The notes under the pieces were generated by a model, which worked only from the letters and a program-made list of their open reading frames with translations, was not told where the DNA came from and did no database searches. DNA of 35,854 bases from Thermoplasmatota archaeon (GTDB lineage Archaea > Thermoplasmatota > E2 > DHVEG-1), in contig JAUWOO010000003.1 in assembly GCA_030612095.1 (NCBI GenBank), positions 1 through 35,854 on the forward strand, written 5' to 3'. Made by a program: the position numbers and the translations under genes. Shown piece by piece: positions 8,596 to 18,575 of the stretch; within the stretch, counting starts at the first letter, position 1, and the number at the start of each line of letters is the position of its first letter.

Positions 8596-9741
8596 TCATT
8601 TTCTCTCTTTTTTAATTTGAATGTCACGTTTCTTAAGTTCTTCAAAAAAAACCGTACAGGGAACAATCTCCTCAGGGCAAAAAACACCTCTTCTACTTAT
8701 TGCACCATCTTCTAGCATTTGAGCAGTAATTGAAACTGGATAACCTGTTGTACGCATCATAGCAGAGATGTCATTTTTGTCATCATAATAGTCAATCATG
8801 GTATATTCCAAGGAATGTTTTTTGTCATTTTTCATTCCTTCACTTAAAACCTTGAGTAATACCACATCTTTTCCTGTAGTGGGAACATTTTTCAAAAGAA
8901 GGGCAATTAGCAAATCCCTAGGCATAATCTTTTGATTTCCAATATCAACTGTATTCTCTCCTGCAAGCCCCATATCTAAAAGAGGTTTAAATTTCTCACA
9001 ATGACCTGGATATCTAATGGTCTTGTAATCAAGATAACCTATACATTTCCTATATGTGTAAGGAAGTGTAGAACAACCACCTGAAGTGGTAAACGCTTCC
9101 ATATCTCCAAATGGTTTTGGAAAAGAAACCGTTTCAATATCACCCATAGATTTCTTTTTGATAATTGCACCATGATCAAGGACCATAGCATCTTCAACAT
9201 ATTCATTGATAAGCCCATTCGGTGAGAATACAATCTGATAGTTGAGTGGTGGTTTTGGATCCATCGGTAAACCACCCACTCTCAATTTCACATAATCAAC
9301 AGAATCCATCTCATCGATTATATCGCGTGTAATAATGGATACTAATCCTGGTGCAAGTCCACAATCAGGAATAATTGTGACATCATTTTTTTTGGCCTTT
9401 TCAAAGAGACCTCGTTCACTCTCAACAATTTGGTTATTTCCACCAAGATCAAGAAAATGCGTCTTGGTTTCTATTGCAATCCTCGCCAGATCATAATTAA
9501 ACCTGTAAGGAATTGCAGAGATTGCAATGTCAATATTTTGAAAATGTTTCTTTACTTCATTTGTATCTTCGACATTGAGATTTGCAAAATCTATGTTGTT
9601 TCCTCTAAGAAATTTTTCGGCAGATCGCAACGTTTCATCGTCTTTATCTGCAATAGTTATATTATCAAAATTTGAATGTTTGCATAGGTCATGTGCAATT
9701 GCTCTACCCATCATTCCAGAGCCAATAACAAGAATTTTCAT
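8596..9741 (-). CDS. Saccharopine dehydrogenase / lysine 6-dehydrogenase family oxidoreductase
   Basis: MKILVIGSGMMG Rossmann motif, DLGGN, DCGLAPG, VGGLP, GLINEY, YKTIRYPGH, AMMRTTG. Start trimmed to 9741. Confidence 0.9.
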   Translation of the reverse strand: MKILVIGSGMMGRAIAHDLCKHSNFDNITIADKDDETLRSAEKFLRGNNIDFANLNVEDTNEVKKHFQNIDIAISAIPYRFNYDLARIAIETKTHFLDLGGNNQIVESERGLFEKAKKNDVTIIPDCGLAPGLVSIITRDIIDEMDSVDYVKLRVGGLPMDPKPPLNYQIVFSPNGLINEYVEDAMVLDHGAIIKKKSMGDIETVSFPKPFGDMEAFTTSGGCSTLPYTYRKCIGYLDYKTIRYPGHCEKFKPLLDMGLAGENTVDIGNQKIMPRDLLIALLLKNVPTTGKDVVLLKVLSEGMKNDKKHSLEYTMIDYYDDKNDISAMMRTTGYPVSITAQMLEDGAISRRGVFCPEEIVPCTVFFEELKKRDIQIKKERK

Positions 9742-9866
9742 AGTGTTTTTCTCCGCAGAATATTTTTTGTGAATGGAAAGTATCATTAAAAATCATTGCT
9801 CTGCAAATATTTCATAACCATTATATTCAACTACTTTATTTCAGGGGTAATAAGGGAGGTCAAATT

Positions 9867-11159
9867 ATGACTGCAGAATTATGGGATAGCAAGATAGAAT
9901 CAATGCCGCTAAAGAATCTTAAGGAATTGCAACTTAAACGTCTGAAAAAACTTGTGAGCACAGTATATGATAAAAACAAGCATTACAAAAAGAAATTGGA
10001 CGATGCCCAGGTTAAACCAGGAGATATCAAAACTCTAAAAGACATAGAGAAAATCCCATTTCTAACAAAACAAGACTTACGTGAATACTATCCTTTTGGT
10101 CTTGTATGTACTGAGATGGATGATATTGTAGAGATTCATGCTTCTTCAGGTACAACTGGTAAACCTGTGGTCGGACCGTACACCAGAAATGATGTTGAAC
10201 TCTGGGGTGAAGTAATGGCCCGTTCACTTTGGGCTAACGGAATGCGTAAGAATGACATCATGCAGAATTCATATGGATACGGTCTTTTTACCGGCGCTCA
10301 TGGTTTTGAGAAAGGAGCCCAGAAAATAGGTGCAATGGTCATTACTATTAGTTCCGGCAACACAAAACGTCAGATTGATGTTATGAAAGATTTTGGTAGC
10401 ACCGTTATTGCATGCACTCCATCTTACTCGCTATATATTGCAGAAGTTGCTGAGGAGAACGGCCTGGATCCAGTGAATGATTTCAAACTCCGTTTGGGGG
10501 TTTTTGGAGCTGAAGCATGGAGTGAGGAAATGAGAACAAACGTTGAGAAACGCTGGGGAATCACTGCCCATGAACATTATGGTCTTACGGAGATAATAGG
10601 TCCCGGCGTTGTTTCTGAATGTAAACATAAAAAATTACATATAAATGCAGATCATTTTCTAGCTGAGATAATTGATCCAAAAACTGGTGAAACTCTAGAG
10701 CCAGGTGAAGAAGGAGAACTTGTTTTTACCACACTTACTAAAGAGGCTTTTCCTGCCATCAGATTCAGAACAAAAGATCTTGCAACACTATATGAAGATA
10801 CATGTGAATGCGGTCGAACTCTACCCATTCAATCAAGAATCAAAGGTAGAAGCGACGACATGATGAAAGTAAAAGGAGTTATTGTGTTTCCATCACAGAT
10901 AGAAGCTGCACTAATGCAAGTCACTGGGGTAAGTGACAACTATCAAATAATAAAAACCAAAAAAGGTGATATAACTTCACTTTCTGTCGAAGTAGAACCA
11001 ACTGAAGAACGCTACAAAGAAGGGCACCTAGACGATCTTGAAAAACAAGCTGAAGACGAGATTTATAGCATCTTAAATCTACATGTGCCAGTCAACGCTA
11101 TTGAGCCAAAAACTATACCAAGGAGTACTGGAAAAGCAAAAAGAGTAATTGAGCGATAA
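9867..11159 (+). CDS. paaK: Phenylacetate-CoA ligase family
   Basis: HASSGTTGKP, YGYGLFTG, CTPSY, FGAEAWS, YGLTE, GRSDDM, GKAKRV; GGAGGT SD. Confidence 0.92.
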   Translation: MTAELWDSKIESMPLKNLKELQLKRLKKLVSTVYDKNKHYKKKLDDAQVKPGDIKTLKDIEKIPFLTKQDLREYYPFGLVCTEMDDIVEIHASSGTTGKPVVGPYTRNDVELWGEVMARSLWANGMRKNDIMQNSYGYGLFTGAHGFEKGAQKIGAMVITISSGNTKRQIDVMKDFGSTVIACTPSYSLYIAEVAEENGLDPVNDFKLRLGVFGAEAWSEEMRTNVEKRWGITAHEHYGLTEIIGPGVVSECKHKKLHINADHFLAEIIDPKTGETLEPGEEGELVFTTLTKEAFPAIRFRTKDLATLYEDTCECGRTLPIQSRIKGRSDDMMKVKGVIVFPSQIEAALMQVTGVSDNYQIIKTKKGDITSLSVEVEPTEERYKEGHLDDLEKQAEDEIYSILNLHVPVNAIEPKTIPRSTGKAKRVIER

Positions 11160-11189
11160 AATTAGTAAAAAGGTGAGGATGAGAATAAG

Positions 11190-12257
11190 ATGATAGAGGT
11201 GTTGGAAGGTATTTTGCCATATATATCTGGTCTTTACACTCTACCGTGGATACTTGTTGGATTCATTCTGACAATTTTAATTGCGAAAGTAACCGGTAGA
11301 GAAAAGATAGATAAAATAATGAAAAAAATTGGACTAATACTGCTGTACTTCTTTGTTCCTGTTCTCCTCTTTAGGATTTTTCTCAATACAAATTTTGGTG
11401 AAGAACAGATTAAGTTTTCAATAATAGTCGCTGCAATAATCTTTTTCATGTATTTGTTAGCATATATGTTTGCTAGATATAATATAAGAAAACAGGGACT
11501 CACCAGTACAAAGAAAAATCTCTATCTAAAAACGATACTTACAAACCAGGGACGAAGTTCTGCATTTATCGGTGGGGCAATGCTTGCAATTGAAGCATGG
11601 GCAGTCCCGGCTGGAATTTACATGGCACTTGTTGGTATCGGACTCTTCGCAATTATTCCATACATCCTGGCACATATGCACAAGAAAGAATCTATAAATC
11701 CAGGAGAAGCTGAACAAGTTAAAACTTTACCCTGGTATTTGAAACTTTATCCATGGTATCTTATTGCATTTGTAATTGCCGCAGTTACCATTCATGAAAC
11801 CACAGGCGTTACAACCACAGATTTTGGTGATGCAGGGATTTTATTGAAATTTTACACAGCCATAACAATACCTGCTGCATTATACTATGTTGGAGCAGGA
11901 ATACATCCAGCAGATCTTAAAGTATCTGAATTGAAAAAACTATGTGGAATGGATAAAAATAAGAAATGTGAAGACCATTGGACGTGGGTAAGAAATATGC
12001 TTATTCTAACAGTTGTAATAACTCCAATACTTACTGTTCTGGTATTTGGCCCATTCTTTGCACTTGGAGCAATACCTCCTGCATGGTTTGCAGTGATTAT
12101 TATTAACTCAGTTCTTCCAATAACTAGTACCAATATATTCCTGCTACCTTATGGAATTGATAAAAAATCCACTGTTCATGCTGTTACATGGACAACACTT
12201 ATATGCGTACCAATTATTGTAGCATTAATTATGATTTTTGGAATATATTTCGCATGA
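11190..12257 (+). CDS. Multi-pass membrane transporter, probably AEC (auxin efflux carrier)-like
   Basis: About 10 TM helices with a central hydrophilic loop; YFFVPVLLF, N..S.FIG, TIPAAL..VG and LP patterns resemble the AEC family. Begins 30 nt after paaK. Confidence 0.65.
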   Translation: MIEVLEGILPYISGLYTLPWILVGFILTILIAKVTGREKIDKIMKKIGLILLYFFVPVLLFRIFLNTNFGEEQIKFSIIVAAIIFFMYLLAYMFARYNIRKQGLTSTKKNLYLKTILTNQGRSSAFIGGAMLAIEAWAVPAGIYMALVGIGLFAIIPYILAHMHKKESINPGEAEQVKTLPWYLKLYPWYLIAFVIAAVTIHETTGVTTTDFGDAGILLKFYTAITIPAALYYVGAGIHPADLKVSELKKLCGMDKNKKCEDHWTWVRNMLILTVVITPILTVLVFGPFFALGAIPPAWFAVIIINSVLPITSTNIFLLPYGIDKKSTVHAVTWTTLICVPIIVALIMIFGIYFA

Positions 12258-12273
12258 AAAACAACTAGAGATA

Positions 12274-13047
12274 TTATAACTTCTTCAAAATAAGTTCTGC
12301 CACCTTTTTACCTGAAAGAAGCATACCACCAAATATAGGCCCCATTCTTTGTGAGCCATATACTGCATTTGCACACATACCTGCTACAAAAAGACCCGGA
12401 TAAGCTTCCCCTGTATTTTCAACAACGGCCCGCTCACCAATATCTGCACACATTGATCTTTCATTCTCAAGATCTCCACTTTTCGTGTCTAAAGGACCGC
12501 ATTTCTTACGCACGATTTTACAGATTTCGGCAGGGTGACCAGTAGCATCAATGCAATATTTAGCTCGAATTGTAAGTGGATCAACATGTAAGCCAGCAAC
12601 TTCTATTGCACTCCAATTGATAACAAAGCCATTTACTTCTTTGTTTTTGTTTAGTAGGACATCTTCGACAGAGATTGCATTAAAAAATCTAGCACCTGCA
12701 TCAATTGCAGATGAACAAAGTTTTGTAACTGCTTCTATAGAATCAGCACTATAATATCCTTTACCTTCATCGGTAACCTTGATGTTCGCTTCTTCAAGTA
12801 AATGCTTAGATTCTTTCTGAACAACAATAACTGGAAATGTCATACCACCACCCCACATACCACCACCAATTGAAAGCTTTCTTTCAAACAGAACGGTTTT
12901 CTTACCTGCTTTTGCCAAATACCGTGCAGCAATGAGGCCAGCGGGACCAGCACCAGCAATAGCAACATCAACATCGAAATAATCTTGAAACTCTTTAGAA
13001 AAACGATTAAATATAATTCTTGTTACAACAACGTCGTCAATCCCCAT
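12274..13047 (-). CDS. thi4: Sulfide-dependent adenosine diphosphate thiazole synthase Thi4
   Basis: GAGPAG, GGGMWGGG, HVDP, DATGH, RMGPIFGGMLLSG. Start trimmed to the ATG at 13047 (GAGGT SD). Confidence 0.93.
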   Translation of the reverse strand: MGIDDVVVTRIIFNRFSKEFQDYFDVDVAIAGAGPAGLIAARYLAKAGKKTVLFERKLSIGGGMWGGGMTFPVIVVQKESKHLLEEANIKVTDEGKGYYSADSIEAVTKLCSSAIDAGARFFNAISVEDVLLNKNKEVNGFVINWSAIEVAGLHVDPLTIRAKYCIDATGHPAEICKIVRKKCGPLDTKSGDLENERSMCADIGERAVVENTGEAYPGLFVAGMCANAVYGSQRMGPIFGGMLLSGKKVAELILKKL

Positions 13048-13133
13048 AAACAAAACCTCGCAGCGACTATGAATTAACCTGCAGTTATTAAAGATACCGT
13101 TAATCATTTACCACAGCAGCATGATACTATTCT

Positions 13134-13571
13134 GTGTTTACCGTTAGAATATTCCAACCAAATGATATGTTTCCAGTTATAAAACTAGCATCCGAGACGC
13201 TGACTGAACGTTACAATCCAAGTCTCTTTAACTATTTCTATGAAACATTTAATCAGGGGTTTTTGGTGGCCGAAAAGCATCACAAGATAGTGGGATTCAT
13301 TGTAGGAGTAAAGACAAGTTTAGAAGGCGCAAGAATACTAATGATAGCAGTATCAGAAAAACAGAGAGGGCAAAACATAGGATCTGCCTTGCTAAATCAC
13401 TTTTTGAAAGAGATAACTATCCGAAAAATAAAACACGTAGAGTTGGAAGTTAAAATAAGCAATAATGTAGCTATTGAATTCTACCGAAAACATGGATTTA
13501 TTGTTGTAGATACAATATCAAAATTTTACCAAAGTGGCGAAGATGCATATACTATGCGCCTGATATTTTAA
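13134..13571 (+). CDS. RimI/Ard1-like GNAT N-acetyltransferase
   Basis: IAV...RGQNIGSALL, LEV..SN..AIEFYRKHGF, FYQSGEDAYTM. Confidence 0.92.
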   Translation: MFTVRIFQPNDMFPVIKLASETLTERYNPSLFNYFYETFNQGFLVAEKHHKIVGFIVGVKTSLEGARILMIAVSEKQRGQNIGSALLNHFLKEITIRKIKHVELEVKISNNVAIEFYRKHGFIVVDTISKFYQSGEDAYTMRLIF

Positions 13572-13870
13572 GCCTGAACCAGTTCTTTTTCTTTACTTGT
13601 CATAAAACGCTCAGACATTAAATCTAATCTACAAGAAATCTTTTCCAAGCCTGGGCAATCGTTGTCTGCCAAAAGGTCTGCAATGCCCTTACTCAGCTTG
13701 AATACTGCCAGCTTATGTTCTCTTTTAGATTTATAAACCTGATATGGAGTAACATCCAGTTTATAGTACGCCTGAAATGCACATGATCCATCATTTTCGA
13801 CCATATCTTCCAAGTGGGTCTTCAGTTGAAGTAAAAACGTATGTAGCTGAATAAGTTCGTCTTTCTGCAT
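13568..13870 (-). CDS. UPF0058-family archaeal protein
   Basis: MQKDELIQLH..L, Y..L.V.P..VYKSKREHKLAVF.L signature. Confidence 0.85.
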   Translation of the reverse strand: MQKDELIQLHTFLLQLKTHLEDMVENDGSCAFQAYYKLDVTPYQVYKSKREHKLAVFKLSKGIADLLADNDCPGLEKISCRLDLMSERFMTSKEKELVQA

Positions 13871-14002
13871 TATAATCTTCCACCATCATCAAAATAATAT
13901 GTTGAAATAAAACATAGGGTTTTTATCCTTTTCTATCCGCCTTTTAAATATAACTACTTCTAACTATACGAAAATGTAAAAAATGAATAGAAAAGATGTA
14001 GA

Positions 14003-15235
14003 TTATTGTACATCTTTCTTAGTTAAAACCTTTACGGACGTGGGCATTTTTACAACATTGCCGATTTTTATACCGACTATTTCCTTTATGTTTTTATTAT
14101 TTGCAATATCCAGAAGTCGCTGGGTGATAATACCATCAAATACCACAGTAGAAATATTGTCACTTTTCTTTAGTTCATCAGTTAATTCTCTCACCGGTAT
14201 TTTCTTCAATTCCTTGTCCTTTCCATCAAGCAGCACTGCCTTCAAAGAACCTGAAATCTCATTGAGCATAGCTGCGTAGTTCTTCTGCCTTTCATCAGAT
14301 ACCTCTTTTCGCTTTTCTTCCACTGGGCCCTCAGAGCGTTGCTTCGTTTTTTGTTCACGTTTTTCTTTTTTAGGTTCGATATCTTTATCCTTTTTCTCGA
14401 GCTTTATGTCATACATCTCAGCATATTGTTCAGCCGGAATCTTATTTTTTAAAGACTTCATAATAAGCTTCTGAGGGATTTCTTCAACCTCGCGAGTCTG
14501 AGGAGCTCGTGCTACAAAATCGACATCTGCAGTTTGCAATAGTTCTTTCAAAATAAGTATGCCGCCCCGATCTCCATCGACAAAAGCAGTAGTAATCCGC
14601 TCCTTCGTTAAATCTATCACCGTTTTAGGTATATTTGTTCCGCCAACCGCTATGACATTCTTAATACCATATTTTAAAAGATTAAGTACATCTCTTCTGC
14701 CTTCAACAATAACAATCGCATCGCTTTTATCAATATTTGGGCCTGCGGGACAATGATCATGACCATAATTAATAATCTCTTCAATTTGTACTGCCTGCCT
14801 AACAGTATCAGCTATGCTTTCTCCATTGACCTTACTATCTTCAAGTACTTTATTCAGCAATTCTTTAGCTCGATCTATCACCTTTTTTCTTCGAACAACG
14901 CGCACATCCTCGACTTCTTCTGCAACAATAGTTGCCTTGCATGGCCCTACTCGATCTATACTTTCAAAAGCAGCCGCAAGGATTACTGTTTCAACCCTAT
15001 CCAAAGACGTCGGTAAGGTTATAGTTCCGTTACTCTTCCCACCTTTCGACTCCAATTCTACTTCTATTCTTCCCACTCTTGCAGATCTTTGCAATTCTCT
15101 TAAATCTAGTTCATCGCCAAGAAGTCCCTCGGTTTGACCAAATATGGCCCCTACCACATCAGATTTCTCTACTATGCCATCTGCTTTAATATTAGCCTTA
15201 ATCATATATTTTGTTGTTGATGGATCAATTACCAT
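14003..15235 (-). CDS. dnaG: Archaeal DnaG-like protein (Toprim; exosome-associated)
   Basis: GIVEKSDVVGAIFGQTEGLLG, IDRVGPC, IVEGRRDV, FVDGDRGG, FDGIITQRL. Start trimmed to the ATG at 15235 (GAGGTGA SD). Confidence 0.96.
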   Translation of the reverse strand: MVIDPSTTKYMIKANIKADGIVEKSDVVGAIFGQTEGLLGDELDLRELQRSARVGRIEVELESKGGKSNGTITLPTSLDRVETVILAAAFESIDRVGPCKATIVAEEVEDVRVVRRKKVIDRAKELLNKVLEDSKVNGESIADTVRQAVQIEEIINYGHDHCPAGPNIDKSDAIVIVEGRRDVLNLLKYGIKNVIAVGGTNIPKTVIDLTKERITTAFVDGDRGGILILKELLQTADVDFVARAPQTREVEEIPQKLIMKSLKNKIPAEQYAEMYDIKLEKKDKDIEPKKEKREQKTKQRSEGPVEEKRKEVSDERQKNYAAMLNEISGSLKAVLLDGKDKELKKIPVRELTDELKKSDNISTVVFDGIITQRLLDIANNKNIKEIVGIKIGNVVKMPTSVKVLTKKDVQ

Positions 15236-15492
15236 AACTTTCACCTCATTTAATTTTCTGAAAAGTAGCACCTTTATCCGCCTTTTAGCAAATAGTAGGT
15301 GTTGGACCTCACACTTATCTATTTTGGTAACCCGTGCAGGTCAGTATTTTTTGGTTAAGCGGTTAAGTTAAACTAACTACAATATTGATTAATTATACCT
15401 AATTAGTGCTATTTTTCATTAATATTATAGTCATATATGAGGCTTGCGCCATATTTAAATGTTGTGCTCATATTCAGCATAGAGAATTTCAC

Positions 15493-17628
15493 ATGAAAGA
15501 AAAGATTTACATTGGTGTGGCATGGCCCTATGCAAACGGATCACTACATCTTGGACATATGGCTGGATGCTATTTGCCCGCAGATATATTTGCACGATAT
15601 AACAGAATGAAAGGTAAAGACGTACTAATGGTTTCTGGAAGTGATGAACATGGTACCCCCATTACAATCAGTGCAGAAAACGAAAAAACAACGCCACAGG
15701 CCATTGTAGACAGATACAATGCTGAGCATAATGAAGATTTGAAACATTTTGGTATTTCTTTTGATCTTTTCACGCGTACAACCACTGAAAATCATGAAAA
15801 AGTCGTGCAGGATGTCTTCCTAACTCTCTATGAGAAGGGGCATATCTACAAAAAAAATGTGGATGCGTTTTACTGCAATAATTGTAATCGTTTTTTACCG
15901 GATAGATACATAGAGGGAATATGCCCACACTGTGGTAATGAAAAAGCCAGGGGTGATCAATGTGATGAATGTGGGAAGATACTAGATCCATTGGAACTTC
16001 TGGATGTGAAATGTAAAATTTGTGGAAGTACGCCTGAAGTGAAGACGAGTGATCATCTATTTCTTGCGTTGAGTAAATTTGAACAGAAATTGCTTGATTG
16101 GATGGAAGATAGAAAACATTGGAAATCAAGCGTACTAAAATTTACCCAGAATTGGCTAAAGAATGGACTGGAAGATAGAGCAATAACAAGAGATATGGAA
16201 TGGGGCATAAAAGTTCCAGTTGAAGGTTTTGAGGGTAAACGAATTTATGTCTGGTTCGATGCAGTAACGGGCTATCTATCTGCCAGCAAAGAGTGGTCGC
16301 AGAATTTAGGAGATCCTGATAAGTGGGAAGAATGGTGGAAAAACAAGCAGGCTAAGCATTACTATTTTCTTGCAAAGGACAATATTCCATTTCACAGTTT
16401 GATTTGGCCGTCTATGCTTATGGGTTATGATGATTCATTGAATTTACCATATGATATTCCCGCCAATGAGTATCTGTGCTTAAAGGGAGAGCAATTCTCT
16501 AAAAGCAGAGGACTTGGCATTTTTGTTTCAAATGTTTTAGAAAAGTTTGATGCCGATGCGGTACGATATTATCTTTCCATAAACATGCCCGAAAATAAGG
16601 ATAGCAACTGGTTGTGGGATGATTTCGTAGCAAAAAACAACGATGAACTTGTTGGAACGTATGGTAACTTCATTCACAGAGTGGTTACATTCACACAGAA
16701 AAATTTTGGTGAAATACCAGATCAGGGAACGCTAGATGACTTGGACAATCAAGCAATTAAAAAAATAGAGGAGATATCCAAAGAGGCTAGTGATGCTTTA
16801 GAAAAATGTAGATTCAAGCAGGGTCTTAGAGCTGTGATGAGTCTAGCACAGTTCGGGAACTTCTATTTTGATCAGAAACAACCTTGGGCCCTAATAAAAT
16901 CAGATAAAGACAAATGTGGTACTGTACTACATATTTGTTTGAAGCTAGCTAATGCATTAGCAGTATTTATGGCCCCGTATCTGCCGTTTTCATCAGATAA
17001 AATATGGAGTACTCTTGGCCATAAAAACTCAGTACATCTTGCTAGTTGGAATGATGCTTTGTCCGATTTGATTGTAGGCAATCCGTTAGAAAAACCAAAA
17101 CCAATATTTAAGAAACTTTTATTGGAGGACTTTGTAACCGAGGCAGATCCATTTTCTAAGCTTGATTTACGCGTTGCAAGGGTAATTGATGCAAAAGATC
17201 ACCCTCAAGCCGATAAACTGTATATGCTTCAAGTTGACCTAGGAGCCCTTGGAAAAAGAGTTTTAGTTGCAGGTATGAAACAACACTATACAAAAGAAGA
17301 AATTACAGGAAAAAATATTGTAATTGTAGTAAATCTTAAACCCGCTACAATCCGCGGTGTTAAATCAAATGGTATGCTTCTTGCTGCTAGCGATGGTAGT
17401 GGTGTTGTCTCCCTTCTCAGTCCAGAAGATGCCAGTCCAGGATCAGAGGTATTCATAGAAGGTATACCGAGAGAACCTGTCGGTGTCTTAGAGTTTGATG
17501 ATTTTAAACAAGTGACCTTGATAGTAAACGAAAAACAAGAGACAACATACCAAGGAAAAACTCTGCAGAGTGAAAAAGGCAAAATCATTTCAGACAAAGA
17601 GGTTAAAAAAGGAGCGAAGATATCATAG
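15493..17628 (+). CDS. metG: Methionine--tRNA ligase with C-terminal tRNA-binding domain
   Basis: AWPYANGSLHLGH (HIGH), SGSDEHG, four CxxC zinc knuckles, YVWFDA, QFSKS, C-terminal LDLRVARV..HPQADKL OB fold. Start trimmed to 15493. Confidence 0.97.
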   Translation: MKEKIYIGVAWPYANGSLHLGHMAGCYLPADIFARYNRMKGKDVLMVSGSDEHGTPITISAENEKTTPQAIVDRYNAEHNEDLKHFGISFDLFTRTTTENHEKVVQDVFLTLYEKGHIYKKNVDAFYCNNCNRFLPDRYIEGICPHCGNEKARGDQCDECGKILDPLELLDVKCKICGSTPEVKTSDHLFLALSKFEQKLLDWMEDRKHWKSSVLKFTQNWLKNGLEDRAITRDMEWGIKVPVEGFEGKRIYVWFDAVTGYLSASKEWSQNLGDPDKWEEWWKNKQAKHYYFLAKDNIPFHSLIWPSMLMGYDDSLNLPYDIPANEYLCLKGEQFSKSRGLGIFVSNVLEKFDADAVRYYLSINMPENKDSNWLWDDFVAKNNDELVGTYGNFIHRVVTFTQKNFGEIPDQGTLDDLDNQAIKKIEEISKEASDALEKCRFKQGLRAVMSLAQFGNFYFDQKQPWALIKSDKDKCGTVLHICLKLANALAVFMAPYLPFSSDKIWSTLGHKNSVHLASWNDALSDLIVGNPLEKPKPIFKKLLLEDFVTEADPFSKLDLRVARVIDAKDHPQADKLYMLQVDLGALGKRVLVAGMKQHYTKEEITGKNIVIVVNLKPATIRGVKSNGMLLAASDGSGVVSLLSPEDASPGSEVFIEGIPREPVGVLEFDDFKQVTLIVNEKQETTYQGKTLQSEKGKIISDKEVKKGAKIS

Positions 17629-17660
17629 AAAAAAATAAAAAAAAGTGGGAGAGGAAAAAA

Positions 17661-18575
17661 ATGAGTGTTGTTACATATACAGATCTGCCGTTTAAGATAT
17701 TTAAAAAAGGTAAAGTGAGAGATGTTTACGAAGTTGATAATAATCTTCTTCTCATTGTTACAGACCGTATATCTGCCTTTGATTATGTGCTGGAAGATCC
17801 AATACCGTACAAGGGAGTTTGCCTAACACAAATATCAAAATTTTGGTTTGATTTTTTCAAGGATACGATACCCAGCCATGTTGTTTCTGCTGATGTTGCT
17901 GATTTTCCTAGCGAATTGAGAGAACATGAAGATGTGCTTTCTGGCAGAAGTATGCTTGTGAAAAAAGCTGAAGTATTTCCTATTGAATGTATCGTGAGAG
18001 GATATATTTCTGGCTCAGCGTGGAAATCCTATAAGAAAGATGAGACGGTATGTGGTAGTAAGCTCCCAAGTGGACTTAAAGAGTCTGATAAGTTTGATGA
18101 GCCGCTTTTTACCCCGTCTACCAAGGCTGAAACAGGACATGATATCAATATTTCTTTTGAGGAGATGAAGAAGACAATTGGCGAGGAACCTGCAGAAAAG
18201 CTAAAGGATTTATCTTTGAAGATCTACAAGACTGCATCAGAATATGCACGTAAAAGAGGTATTATTATAGCGGATACAAAATTTGAGTTTGGGAAAATTG
18301 GCAATGAAATAATACTTGTGGATGAGGTTCTCACCCCCGATTCTTCACGTTTTTGGCCTGCGAATTTATACGAACCCGGGAAATCTCAGCCAAGTTTTGA
18401 TAAACAGTTTGTCAGAGATTATTTGTCAAGTACGGGTTGGGATAAGAATTCCCCGCCGCCTCGCCTACCCAAGAATGTTATTTTAGAAACTCAGAATAAA
18501 TATCAAGAGGCTTATGAAAAGGTTACAGGTAAAAAGTTTATATTTGATCAGACTACTGTAAAGAGAGAGTTATAG
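17661..18575 (+). CDS. purC: SAICAR synthetase
   Basis: GKVRDVY, TDRISAFD, ECIVRGY, TPSTKA, ADTKFEFG, DEVLTPDSSRFW, DKQFVRDY. Confidence 0.97.
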   Translation: MSVVTYTDLPFKIFKKGKVRDVYEVDNNLLLIVTDRISAFDYVLEDPIPYKGVCLTQISKFWFDFFKDTIPSHVVSADVADFPSELREHEDVLSGRSMLVKKAEVFPIECIVRGYISGSAWKSYKKDETVCGSKLPSGLKESDKFDEPLFTPSTKAETGHDINISFEEMKKTIGEEPAEKLKDLSLKIYKTASEYARKRGIIIADTKFEFGKIGNEIILVDEVLTPDSSRFWPANLYEPGKSQPSFDKQFVRDYLSSTGWDKNSPPPRLPKNVILETQNKYQEAYEKVTGKKFIFDQTTVKREL

